A stretch of DNA of 64,000 bases from contig NW_021833611.1 in the NCBI RefSeq assembly GCF_006345805.1, forward strand, positions 1 through 64,000, read 5' to 3'. Within the stretch, counting starts at the first letter, position 1. Every line of letters starts with the position of its first letter. The stretch comes from Octopus sinensis (Eukaryota). Position numbers and translations under genes: made by a program. The notes below the pieces were generated by a model. The model was not told the origin of the DNA, ran no database searches, and saw only the letters and a list, made by a program, of their open reading frames with translations. This document shows, piece by piece, positions 52,175-64,000 of the stretch.

Positions 52175-52593
52175 ATATGTATATATATATCCACAATATG
52201 GCAAAGGAAATGGATAAATCTTTAAAAAATAAACTCTATCTCTAAGTATTATATTTGGACACACGCGAGTATACGAGTGCGTGTCCATGTATATGTGTTT
52301 GTGTATGTACATTTACACACACACACATACACACACACACACATATACACACACAATATGTACTTATAATTTTTTTTATTTATGTCATTTTTTGTTTTTG
52401 TATTTTTTTTTTTTTCAGGTCACCAAAACCGGTCCTAGATCTTAAGACAGACTTAATTTCCGGCAATTTGTATGTTGATGGCAAACAATTTGGAATGAAA
52501 CAAGGATTAAGTGGCGGAGAGTATTTTGAAATAATCTCCTTTTTTTTTCATTTTCTCTTCAGTTATTCCATTATTACTTTCTTCTTTCTTTCC

Positions 52594-52624
<31 letters not shown>

Positions 52625-52829
52625 CTGTTCGTTTCTTTTCATTTCTTATTTGTTCTTTCATTGAAATCTTCTCATTTTTATCAACATTTTTCATTCATCT
52701 TTTTCATTCATCGGTATCATAATTTCTTAAAAACCGTTCTCGCATTTTTTTATGCATTATTTCCTTCATCGTCATTATTCATATTCTTTCATTCACAATT
52801 TCTTGTTCTTTCATTCACTAACTTGTTAC

Positions 52830-53236
52830 TCTCTTTACTCTCTTTTACTTGTTTCAGTCATTTGACTGTGGCCATGCTGGAGCACCGCCTTTAATCGAGC
52901 AAATAGACCCCGGGACTTATTCTTTGTAAGCCCAGTACTTATTCTATCGGTCTCTTTTTTGCCGAACCGCTAAGTGACGGGGACGTAAACACACCAGCAT
53001 CGGTTGTCAAGCGATGCTAGGGGGACAAACACAGACACACAAACACACACATATATATATATACATATATACGACAGGCTTCTTTCAGTTTCCGTCTACC
53101 AAATCCACTCACAAGGCATTGGTCGGCCCAGGGCTATAGCAGAAGACACCTGCCCAAGATGCCACACAGTGGGACTGAACCCGGAACCATGTGGCTGGTT
53201 AGCAAGCTACTTACCACACAGCCACTCCTACGCCAT
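52830..53236 (-). mobile_element. SINE type 1 flanked by ~230 bp direct repeats
   Basis: Repeats at 52594-52829 and 53237-53468. Confidence 0.93.
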
Positions 53237-53673
53237 ATTATTTATTTATTTATTTATTTATTTCTGTTCGTTTCTTTTCATTTCTTATTTGTTCTTTCAT
53301 TGAAATCTTCTCATTTTCATCAACATTTTTCATTCATCTTTTTCATTCATCGGTTTCATAATTTCTTAAAAATCGTTCTCGCATTTTTTTATGCATTATT
53401 TCCTTCATCGTCATTATTCATATTCTTTCATTCGCAATTTCTTGTTCTTTCCTTCACTAACTTGTTACGAAAATCTTTTTTCAATATTTTCTACCATTTT
53501 CTCTATGACATCACACATTAGCAGCAATTTTAATTAGCAGTTTTGTTGTTTTAATTTTTGTGTGAATCCACTTCTTCAACTGCTGTTGCATTATATAACC
53601 CTAGGACTGATTTGATCAAGATGATCTCTAATCAAAAACATTCCAACACATTTGATATGTAGGACAACATCTG

Positions 53674-53902
53674 TTTCTTTATTGCCCACAAGGGGCTAAA
53701 CATAGAGGGGACAAACAAGGACAGACAAACGGATTAAGTCGATTACATCGACCCCAGTGCGTAACTGGTACTTAATTTATCGACCCCGAAAGGATGAAAG
53801 GCAAAGTCGACCTCGGCGGAATTTGAACTCAGAACGCAACGACAGACGCAATACTGCTAAGCATTTCGCCCGGTGTGCTAACGTTTCTGCCAGCTCGCCG
53901 CC
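53674..53902 (-). mobile_element. SINE type 2, complete
   Basis: Matches 22550-22779. Confidence 0.92.
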
Positions 53903-54239
53903 TTAGTATATATTATCATATAGTAGTATATAACATCATTAATAGGACAAGATCATACAGCAGATAACGATATATTAGGAATTGAAACAATTTTTGTTAT
54001 TAGATATTTTCAGCAGTTCTATAGACGAAGCAAAGGCATGTGCTCTTTCCATTTACTTGTCTCTTCAAATATCCTTTTTTGTTTACTCCAGATAATCTTT
54101 TTTGTCTCGGGGAATCTTTCATTTGTATTTCTTTACCTACCTCTGTATATTCGTCGTATATTATTTTGTCATTACACTTTCCTTGCATCATTTCACATTT
54201 CGCTTCCAATGTCTTATACATACAATTACATACAAGAGT

Positions 54240-54387
<148 letters not shown>

Positions 54388-54474
54388 CAGCTGTATTGTA
54401 AGTAGTTTGATTCCTAACCGCATGAGTCCGGGTTCGCTCCCACTGCGTGCCTCCGGCGGACCAAGGCCTTCATA

Positions 54475-55130
54475 CTAGATTTGGTAAAACTGCCATAACA
54501 TTATGCGCAATACGAAGATAAAAGTGTACATTACTACAGTTCTCCCTTACCTTCACTATGGCACAGAATGCATGGCCTTCCACTGCAGGTACTTCAAAGT
54601 CCTGACGCGTCTCCAAATTCATCATTTGCGCACGATCTTGCACATCAGATGACAGGATTACATTCCTGATGTAGATGTCCAGCGCCCACCTAGCGGAGTT
54701 GGAACCGCGGTCCATATTTATTTCATCGCAGCAGGAGGGCGGTAGACTCCCGAAGGCAGTTTTCTATGCAGAAATGCTTCAGGGCATGAGGAGCCTTAGC
54801 GGTCAGAGGTTGCGCTACGGGGATGTGCCGAAGAGACAAGAAAAATTCCAGCACCTTCCCAGAATCCTGAGAGAGGAAGGCCCTGTGGTGCATTGAATGA
54901 CACTAGTCACTGGAACTCGTAAATCCAGCCATTGAAGAGAAACAACAGGAAGAATACGAAAGAGCACATAAAAAGCGTCACTTCTCCGTTGCATCAAGTA
55001 ACTTCACACGCAGCAGATGTCATCATTGCTGCAGATCATGAGCAGGCCTTTGTAGCTCACATGCGAGTCTGAGTGAGATGGTTTTTGAACAAAACGGTCA
55101 ACCTACACCTATAACGGACACCCGCCAACG
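54475..55130 (+). mobile_element. Decayed RTE-clade LINE 3' fragment
   Basis: IKVYITTVLPYLHYGTE, HHLRTILHI, RLPKAVFYAEM..GQRLRYGD. Confidence 0.7.
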
Positions 55131-55368
55131 CCTATGACGATGATTATATATGTATGGATGTTATAATATGTGGCTGTGTGGCAAGCCTCTTACCACACAA
55201 TTAATTCCCAAGTGAAACATCTAATTATACATATATACGACGGACTTCTTTCAGTTTCCGTCGACCAAATTCACTCACAAGCATTGGTCGGCCCGAGGCT
55301 AGAATAGAAAACACTTGCCTACGAATCATGAAGTAACAGTAGTTTTTGTGTGTGTATGTACACATGTG

Positions 55369-55692
<324 letters not shown>

Positions 55693-55712
55693 TATATATA
55701 TATATATATATA

Positions 55713-56505
55713 CTAGCAGCATAACCCGGCGTTGCCCGGGTATGTAAGAGCCCCTAGTAGGCAACGACTAATCCCAATCTAGTCCTTTCCCTCTAGGGAA
55801 CGAAGGCGCATGTGTAGGTTGCAATGTCTTCTCTTCACTCCCAAATAACTATCAAACAGCTATCGATAATTCAACCCAACCAATTCCTACCAGGAAGAAA
55901 TTACATTCGAGACTTTACCCCCAACTTCTGCTAATAGCTGCTGCAGCCGCAAGTTATTCGAATACTTTTTTTGTTTACACTTTCTTTATAACTACCACCC
56001 CAAACGTTTTACCTTAAATTTTTGACGTACCCTAAGGGTCCTCGGACGCTACTTGCAAACTCTTGGTTTATTATAAACCGCTTTTGTTGTGTGCACCAAA
56101 AAAACCTTTTCCATTCGTTTGTTTAGTTTGGTCACTTTTGACTTTTTCGTTGTTGTCACTCACATTGCTGCCCGCTTTTTTGCCGATTTTGTACATTTTT
56201 ATACATTTTGGGATACTTACCCCATGTGTTCCGAGAGTTAAAAAGGTCAAGTTGCGTCCCCTAGACAGTCTGTAGAAAATGTGTTGCATATAAAAAGCTT
56301 AGATTATCGACCCCATGTCGAATTTATCGATTTGTTTTCAGAACTGGGGGAACTTTTCAAAATTTTCGCTGCGTTAGTTTTGAATTATGACATTGGGCTA
56401 TGTGTGTGTCAAGTTTCATCTGAATCGGTTGAAAGCCGTGGTCAGGGTGAGGGTACAACCTGACAGACACACAGACAGACAAACTGCCGTTTATATATAG
56501 AGAGA
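55713..56505 (-). mobile_element. Complete non-autonomous Helitron (about 790 bp)
   Basis: A|TCTCTCTATATATAAAC 5' end, CCCGGGCAACGCCGGG hairpin, CTAG|T 3' end, no TSD. Confidence 0.88.
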
Positions 56506-56869
56506 TAAACGTAGTGTACATTAGGCGACCCTTAACAGGCAGCATTACATGCTAGAAGTAGAAGTCAAAATGACCAAAACCACATTTAAGAGCAATTTTG
56601 AAGGGAATGAAAACTAAAAACTTTTACTTTGTTTTTTATAGCCATACCTAGGTTTCGAATTCTAATAAGCAAATAAAATAATTTGCTAGGCGAAGTTCTC
56701 ATCAGTGGCTATGCCAAAACATTATCATATAATTTAGAGACAGAAATAATACGTCTGATTATTATATATTATAATTTCTCAAATTCACCACGCAAGCGCG
56801 GTTTCAATCAGCAGCAAAAATGTGTATGCATATATATATGTATGTGTGCGTGTGTGTGTGTGTGTTGTG

Positions 56870-56911
<42 letters not shown>

Positions 56912-57106
56912 AATATAAGAGAGAATCCACTATGTGGACACTCTTGCGCTAAAAATAGATCCGCAATGGTCTCAACCACCAAGAATTGTTCTCAAGGATT
57001 TTCTCTTATATTTGTATATTAATATTTACTGAATCCCAGTTTTTATGCGCTAAACCACTTGGTGTTAAATTGATGTTATTAAATTAATATCCAATTTTTT
57101 CACCCT

Positions 57107-57147
<41 letters not shown>

Positions 57148-57149
57148 AT

Positions 57150-57390
57150 TAGCTGTGTGTGTGTCTTTGTGTATGTGTTATCCCCCCCCACCACTTGACA
57201 ATCAGTGTTGGTGGGTTTATGTATGTCCTCGTAACTTAGCAGTTCAGCAAAATAGACTGATAGAATAAGTACTGGGCTTTAATAAATAATAAGTGCTGGG
57301 GTTGATTCATTCGACTAAAAAAAAATAAATTATTCTGGGTGGTGCCCCAGCATGGCCGCAGTCTAATGACTGAAACAAGTAAAAGAAAAC
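57150..57390 (+). mobile_element. SINE type 1, 3' half
   Basis: CCAGCATGGCCGCAGTCTAATGACTGAAACAAGTAAAAG. Confidence 0.8.
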
Positions 57391-57699
57391 AAAAGCCATT
57401 TTCCTAATTCCTTCATTGTTTTATTTTGTTCTTTTAATTAAGGAAAACAAAGGCTGTGTATTTCAATCCAAACATGGTAACAAAAAGACCAATTACATTA
57501 TGACCTATTTTTCATACCATGTTCAGAAAGGCAAGAATGCAACAAATTCTTGGTTTTACTTTACTTCAACAAATTTGGGTCTTCGTTTCTTTAATATTCT
57601 TCCAAATCCTAGTTGTTAATATTACTGTTGTTGTGGTGAGTGCCATGTCAAATATTCTAGTCCTATTGTTTTTTGTATTTGTATTAACCTTGTGGTTTT

Positions 57700-60600
57700 G
57701 TAGATGAGTAAAGTTGGTATCAGATTCTAGATGAGTATAGTTGGTATGAGATTGTAGATGAGTATACTTGGTATCAGAATGTAGATGAGTATAAATGGTA
57801 TTAAATTATTGATGAGTATACGTGGTATCTAATTCTAGATGAGTATACTTTGTATCAGATTGTAGATGAGTATACTTGGTATCAGATTCAAGATGAGTAT
57901 AGTTGGTATGAGATTGTAGATGAGTATACTTGGTATCAGAATGTAGATGAGTATACATGGTATCAAATATTGATGAGTATACGTGGTATCTAATTCTAGA
58001 TGAGTATACTTTGTATCAGATTGTAGATGAGTATACTTGGTATCAGATTCAAGATGAGTATAGTTGGTATGAGATTGTAGATGAGTATACTTGGTATCAG
58101 AATGTAGATGAGTATACATGGTATCAAATTATTGATGAGTATACTTGGTATCAAATTCTAGATGAGTATATTTGCATCAGATTGTAGATGAGTGTACTTG
58201 GTATCAGATTGTAGATGAGTATAGTTGGTATGAGATTGCATGTGTATGAGTATACTTGGTATCAGAATGTAGATGAGTATACATGGTATCAAATTATTGA
58301 TGAGTATCCTTGGTATCTAATTCTAGATGTGTATTCTTGGTATCAGAATGTAGATGAGTATACATGGTATCAAATTATTGAAGAGAATCCTTGAAATCTA
58401 ATTCTAGATCTGTATACTTTGTATCAGAATGTAGATGAGTATACATGGTATCAAATTATTGATGAGTTTACTTTGTATCTAATTCTAGATGAGTATAATG
58501 GTATCAGAATGTAGATGAGTATACATGGTATCAAATCATTGATGAGTATACTTGGTATCAGATTATAGATGAGTTCACTTGGTATCAGAATGTAGATGAG
58601 TATACATGGTATCAAATTATTGATGAGTATCCTTGGTATCTAATTCTAGATGAGTATCATTGGTATCAGATTGTAGATGAGTATAGTTGGTATCAGAATG
58701 TATATGAGTATACATGGTATCAAATTATTGATGAGTATACTTGGTATCAGATTGTAGATGAGTATAGTTGGTATGAGATTGTAAATGAGTATACAAGGTA
58801 TCAGAATGTAGATGAGTATACATGGTACCAAATAATTGATGAGTATCCTTGGTATCTAATTCTAGATGAGTATACTTGGTATCAGATTCCAGATGAGTAT
58901 AGTTGGTATGAGATTGTAGATGAGTATACTTGGTATTAAAATGTAGATGAGTATAGATGGTATCAAATTATCGATGAGTATCCTTGGTATCTAATTCTAG
59001 ATGAGTATACTTGGTATCTAATTCTAGATGAGTATACTTGGTATAAGATTGTAGATGAGTATACTTGGTATCAGATTCCAGATGAGTATTGTTGGTATGA
59101 GATTGTAGATGAGTATACTTGGTATCAGAATGTAGATGAGTATACATGGTATCAAATTATTGATGAGTATACTTGGTATCTAATTCTAGATGTGTATACT
59201 TGGTATCAGAATGTAGATGAGTATACATGGTATCAAATTATTGATGAGTATCCTTGGTATCTAATTCTAGATGAGTATACTTGGTATAAGATTGTAGATG
59301 AGTATACTTGGTATCAGATTCTAGATGAATATAGTTGGTATGAGATTGTAGATGAGTACACTTGGTATCAGAATGTAGATGAGTATACATGGTATCAAAT
59401 TATTGATGAGTATACGTGGCATCTAATTCTAGATGAGTATACTTTGCATCAGATTGTAGATGAGTATAGTTGGTATGAGATGGCAGATGAGTATACTTGG
59501 TATCAGAATGTAGATGAGTATACATGGCATCAAATTATTGATGAGTATACGTGGTATCAAATTCTAGATGAGTATACTTGGTATCAGATTGTAGATGAGT
59601 ATAGTTGGTATGAGATTGTAAGTGAGTATACTTGGTATCAGATTGTAGATGAGTATATATGGTATCAAATAATTGATGAGTATCCTTGGAATCTAATTCT
59701 AGATGAGTATACTTGGCATCAGATTGTAGATGAGTATAGTTGGTATCAGTTTTAGATGAGTATACTAGGTATCAGATTCTAGATGAGTATAGTTGGTATG
59801 AGATTGTACATGAGTATACTTGGTAGTAGAATGTAGATGAGTAGAGATGGTATAAATTATTGATGCGTATCCTTGGTATCTAATTCTAGATGAGTATACT
59901 TGGTATCAGATTGTAGATGAGTATACTTTGTATAAGATTCTAGATGAGTATATTTGGTATGAGATTGTAGATGAGTATACTTGGTATCAGAATGTAGATG
60001 AGTATAGATGGTATCAAATTATTGATGAGTATCCTTCGTATCTAATTCTAGATGAGTATACATGGTATCTACTTGTAGATGAGTATACTTGGTATCAGAT
60101 TGTAGATGAGTACACTTGGTATCAGAATGTAGATGAGTATACATGGTACCAAATTATTGATGTTTATACTTGGCATCTAATTCTAGATGAGTATACTTGG
60201 TATCAGAATGTAGATGAGTATACATGGTATCAAATTATTGATGAGTATCCTGGGTATCTAATTCTAGATGAGTATACTTGGTATCAGAATGTAGATGAGT
60301 ATACATGGTATCAAATCATTGATGAGTATACCGGTATCAGATTATAGATGAGTATACTTGGTATCGAAATACAAATGAGTATACATGGTATCAAATTATT
60401 GATGTGTATCCTTGGTATCTAGATGAGTATACTTGGTATCAGATTGTAGATGAGTATAGTTGGTATCAGATTGTAGATGAGTATACTTGGTATCAGAATG
60501 TAGATGAGTATACATGATATCAAATTATTGATGAGTATACGTGGTATCTAATTCTAGATGAGTATACTTAGTATCAGATTGTAGATGAGTATAGTTGGTA

Positions 60601-63600
60601 TCAGATTGTAGATGAGTATACTTGTTATCAGAATGTAGATGAGTATACATGGTATCAAATTATTGATGAGTATACGTGGTATCAAATTCTAGATGAGTAT
60701 ACTTGGTATCAGATTGTAGATGAGTATACTTGATATCAGATAATAGACGAGTATAGTTTGTTTCAGATTGTAGATGAGTATACTTGGTATCAGAATGTAG
60801 ATGAGTATACATGGTATCAAATTATTGATGAGTATACGTGGTATCTAATTCTAGATGAGTATTCTTCGTATCAGATTGTAGATGAGTATACTTGGTATCA
60901 GATTGTAGGTGAGTATACATGGTATCTAATTCTAGATGAGTATACTTGGTATCAGAATGTAGATGAGTATACATGGTATCAAATTATTGATGAGTATACG
61001 TGGTATCAAATTCTAGATGAGTAAACTTGGTATCAGATTGTAGATGAGTTTAGTTGGTATGAGATTGTTGATGAGTATACTTGGTATCAGAATGTAGATG
61101 AGTACACTTGGTATCAGAATGTAGATGAGTATACATGGTATCAAATTATTGATGAGTATACGTGGTATCTAATTCTAGACGAGTATACTTGGTATCAGAA
61201 TGTAGATGAGTATACTTGGTATCAAATTATTGATGAGTATCCTTAGTATCTAATTCTAGATGAGTATACTTGGTATCAGAATGTAGATGAGTATACATGG
61301 TATCAAATTATTGATGAGTATCCTTGGTATCTCATTCGAGATGTGTATACTTCGTATGAGAATGTAGATGAGTATACATGGTATCAAATTATTGATGAGT
61401 ATACTTGGTATTTAATTCTAGATGAGTATACTTGGTATCAGAATGTAGATAAGTATACATGGTATCAAATTATAGATGAGTATACATGATATCAAATTAT
61501 TGATGAGTATCCGTGGTATCTAATTCTAGACGAGTATACTTGGAATCAGAATGTAGATGAGTATACATGGTATCAAATTATTGATGAGTATACGTGGTAT
61601 CTAATTCTAGATGAGTATACTTGGTATCAGAATGTAGATGAGTATACATGGTATCAAATTATTGATGAGTATCCTTGGTATCTAATTCTAGACGAGTATA
61701 CTTGGTATCAGAATGTAGATGAGTATACATGGTGTCAAATTATTGATGAGTATACATGGTATATAATTCTAGATGTGTATACTTGGTATCAGAATGTAGA
61801 TGAGTATACATGGTATCAAATTATTGATGAGTATACGTGGTATCTAATTCTAGATGAGTATACTTGGTATCAGAATGTAGATAAGCATACTTGGTATCAT
61901 ATTATAGATGAGTATACATGGTATCAAATTATTGATGAGTATACTTGGTATCTAATTCTAGATGAGTATACTTGGTATCAGAGTGTAGATGAGTATACAT
62001 GGTATCAAATTATTGATGAGTATCCTTGGTATCTAATTCTAGATGAGTATACTTGGTATCAGAATGTAGATGAGTATACATGGTATCAAATTATTGATGA
62101 GTATCCTTGGTATCTAATTCTAGACGAGTATACTTGATATCAGAATGTAGATGAGTATACATGGTATCAAATTATTGATGAGTATACTTGGTATCTAATT
62201 CTAGACGAGTATACTTGGTATCAGAATGTAGATGAGTATACATGGTATCAAATTATTGATGAGTATCCTTGGTATCTAATTCTAGATGAGTATACTTGGT
62301 TTCAGAATGTAGATAAGTATACATGGTATCAAATTATTGATGAGTATCCTCGGTATCTAATTCTAGACGAGTATACTTGGTATCAGAATGTAGATGAGGA
62401 TACATGGTATCAAATTATTGATGAGTATACGTGGTATCTAATTCTAGATGAGTATAATTGGTATCAGATTGTAGATGAGTATATTTGGTATCAGATTGTA
62501 GATGAGTATCCTTGGTATCAGAATGTAGATGCGTATACATGGTATCAAATTATTGATGAGCATACATGGTATCTAATTCTAGACGAGTATACTTGGTATC
62601 AGAATGTAGATGAGTATACATGGTATCAAATTATTGATGAGTATCCTTTGTATCTAATTCTAGATGAGTATACATTTGTACCAGAATGTAGATGAGTATA
62701 CATGGTATCAAATTATTGATGAGTATACTTGGTATCTAATTCTAGATGAGTATACTTGGTATCAGAATGTAGATGAGTATACATGGTATCAACTTATTGA
62801 TGAGTATCCTTGGTATCTAATTCTAGACGAGTATACTTGGTATCAGAATGTAGATGAGTATACATGGTATCAAATAATTGATGAGTATACGTGGTATCTA
62901 ATTCTAGATGAGTATACTTGGTATCAGATTGTAGATGAGTATAGTTGGTATCAGATTGTAGATGAGTATACATGGTATCAAATTATTGATGAGTATAGGT
63001 GGTATCTAAATCTAGATGAGTATTCTTTGTGTCAGATTGTAGATGAGTATACTTGGTATCAGAAATTTACGTGAGTATACTTGGTATCTAATTCTAGATG
63101 AGTATACTTGGTATCAGAATGTAGATGAGTATACATGGTATCAAATTATTGATGAGTATACGTGGTATCAAATTCTAGATGAGTATACTTGGTATCAGAT
63201 TGTAGATAGTTTATTTGGTATGAGATTATTGATGAGTATACTTGGTATCAGAATTTAGATGAGTACACTTGGTATCAGAATGTAAATGAGTATACATGGA
63301 ATCAAATTATTGATGAGTTTCCTTGGTATCTAATTCTAGATGAGTATACTTGGTATCAGTATGTAGATGAGTATACATGGTATCAAATTATTGATGAGTA
63401 TCCTTGGTATCTAATTCTAGATGTGTATACTTGGTATCAGAATGTAGATGAGTATACATGGTATCAAATTATTGATGAGTATCCTTGGTATCTAATTCTA
63501 GATGTGTATACTTGGTATCAGAATGTAGATGTTTATACATGGTATCAAATTATTGATGAGTATACTTGGTATCTAATTCTAGATGAGTATACTTGGTATC

Positions 63601-64000
63601 AGAATGTATATAAGTATACTTGGTATCATATTATAGATGAGTATACATGGTATCAAATATTGATGAGTATCCTTGGTATCTAATTCTAGACGACTATACT
63701 TGGTATCAGAATGTAGATGAGTATACATGGTATCAAATTATTGATGAGTATCCTTGGTATCTAATTATAGACGAGTATACTTGGAATCAGAATGTAGATG
63801 AGTATACATGGTATCAAATTAATAATGAGTATCCTTGGTATTTAATTCTAGATGAGTATACTTGGTATCAGAATGTAGATGAGTATACATGGTATCAAGT
63901 TATTGATGAGTATCCTTGGTATCTAATTCTAGACGACTATACTTGGTATCAGAATGTAGATGAGTATACATAGTATCAAATTATTGATGAGTATCCTTGG
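57700..64000. repeat. 27-bp tandem satellite (about 230 monomers in window, continues past the edge)
   Basis: Consensus GATGAGTATACTTGGTATCAGA(A/T)TGTA with recurring variant monomers. Confidence 0.97.

Noticed and set aside
57957-63973. Reflectin or other known cephalopod structural protein
   Set aside because: Lacks the Met/Asp MDxxxxx reflectin motif; the frame is repeatedly broken and the pattern is a DNA satellite.
57700-64000. CRISPR array
   Set aside because: Monomers are contiguous with no unique spacers, there are no cas genes, and the context is eukaryotic.

Overview
Eukaryotic, AT-rich, repeat-saturated DNA with no confidently identifiable host gene. The tRNA-head SINEs and the microsatellite load resemble an octopus (coleoid cephalopod) genome; this is from recognition and is not verified. 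The window is dominated by Tx1/L1-clade non-LTR retrotransposons (APE endonuclease, RT, C-terminal CCHC). Seven copies (A-G) from several subfamilies are present, including one apparently full-length copy (D, about 34070-39929). The main finding is that every intact junction of these copies abuts a (TATC)n microsatellite. The 3' ends run straight into it with no poly(A). The single minus-strand copy sits in a (GATA)n array, so it has the same polarity relative to the repeat. This points to a strand-specific (TATC)n-targeting LINE lineage that builds nested tandem chains. Also present: many SINEs (one with a ~230 bp flanking duplication, two with an identical dimer junction), non-autonomous Helitrons, Penelope-type repeats with variant hammerhead cores, R4/Dong and RTE remnants, and a 27-bp satellite with shifting higher-order structure from 57.7 kb to the window end. 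Many frameshifts may be long-read indel errors. Identities quoted are by-eye estimates.
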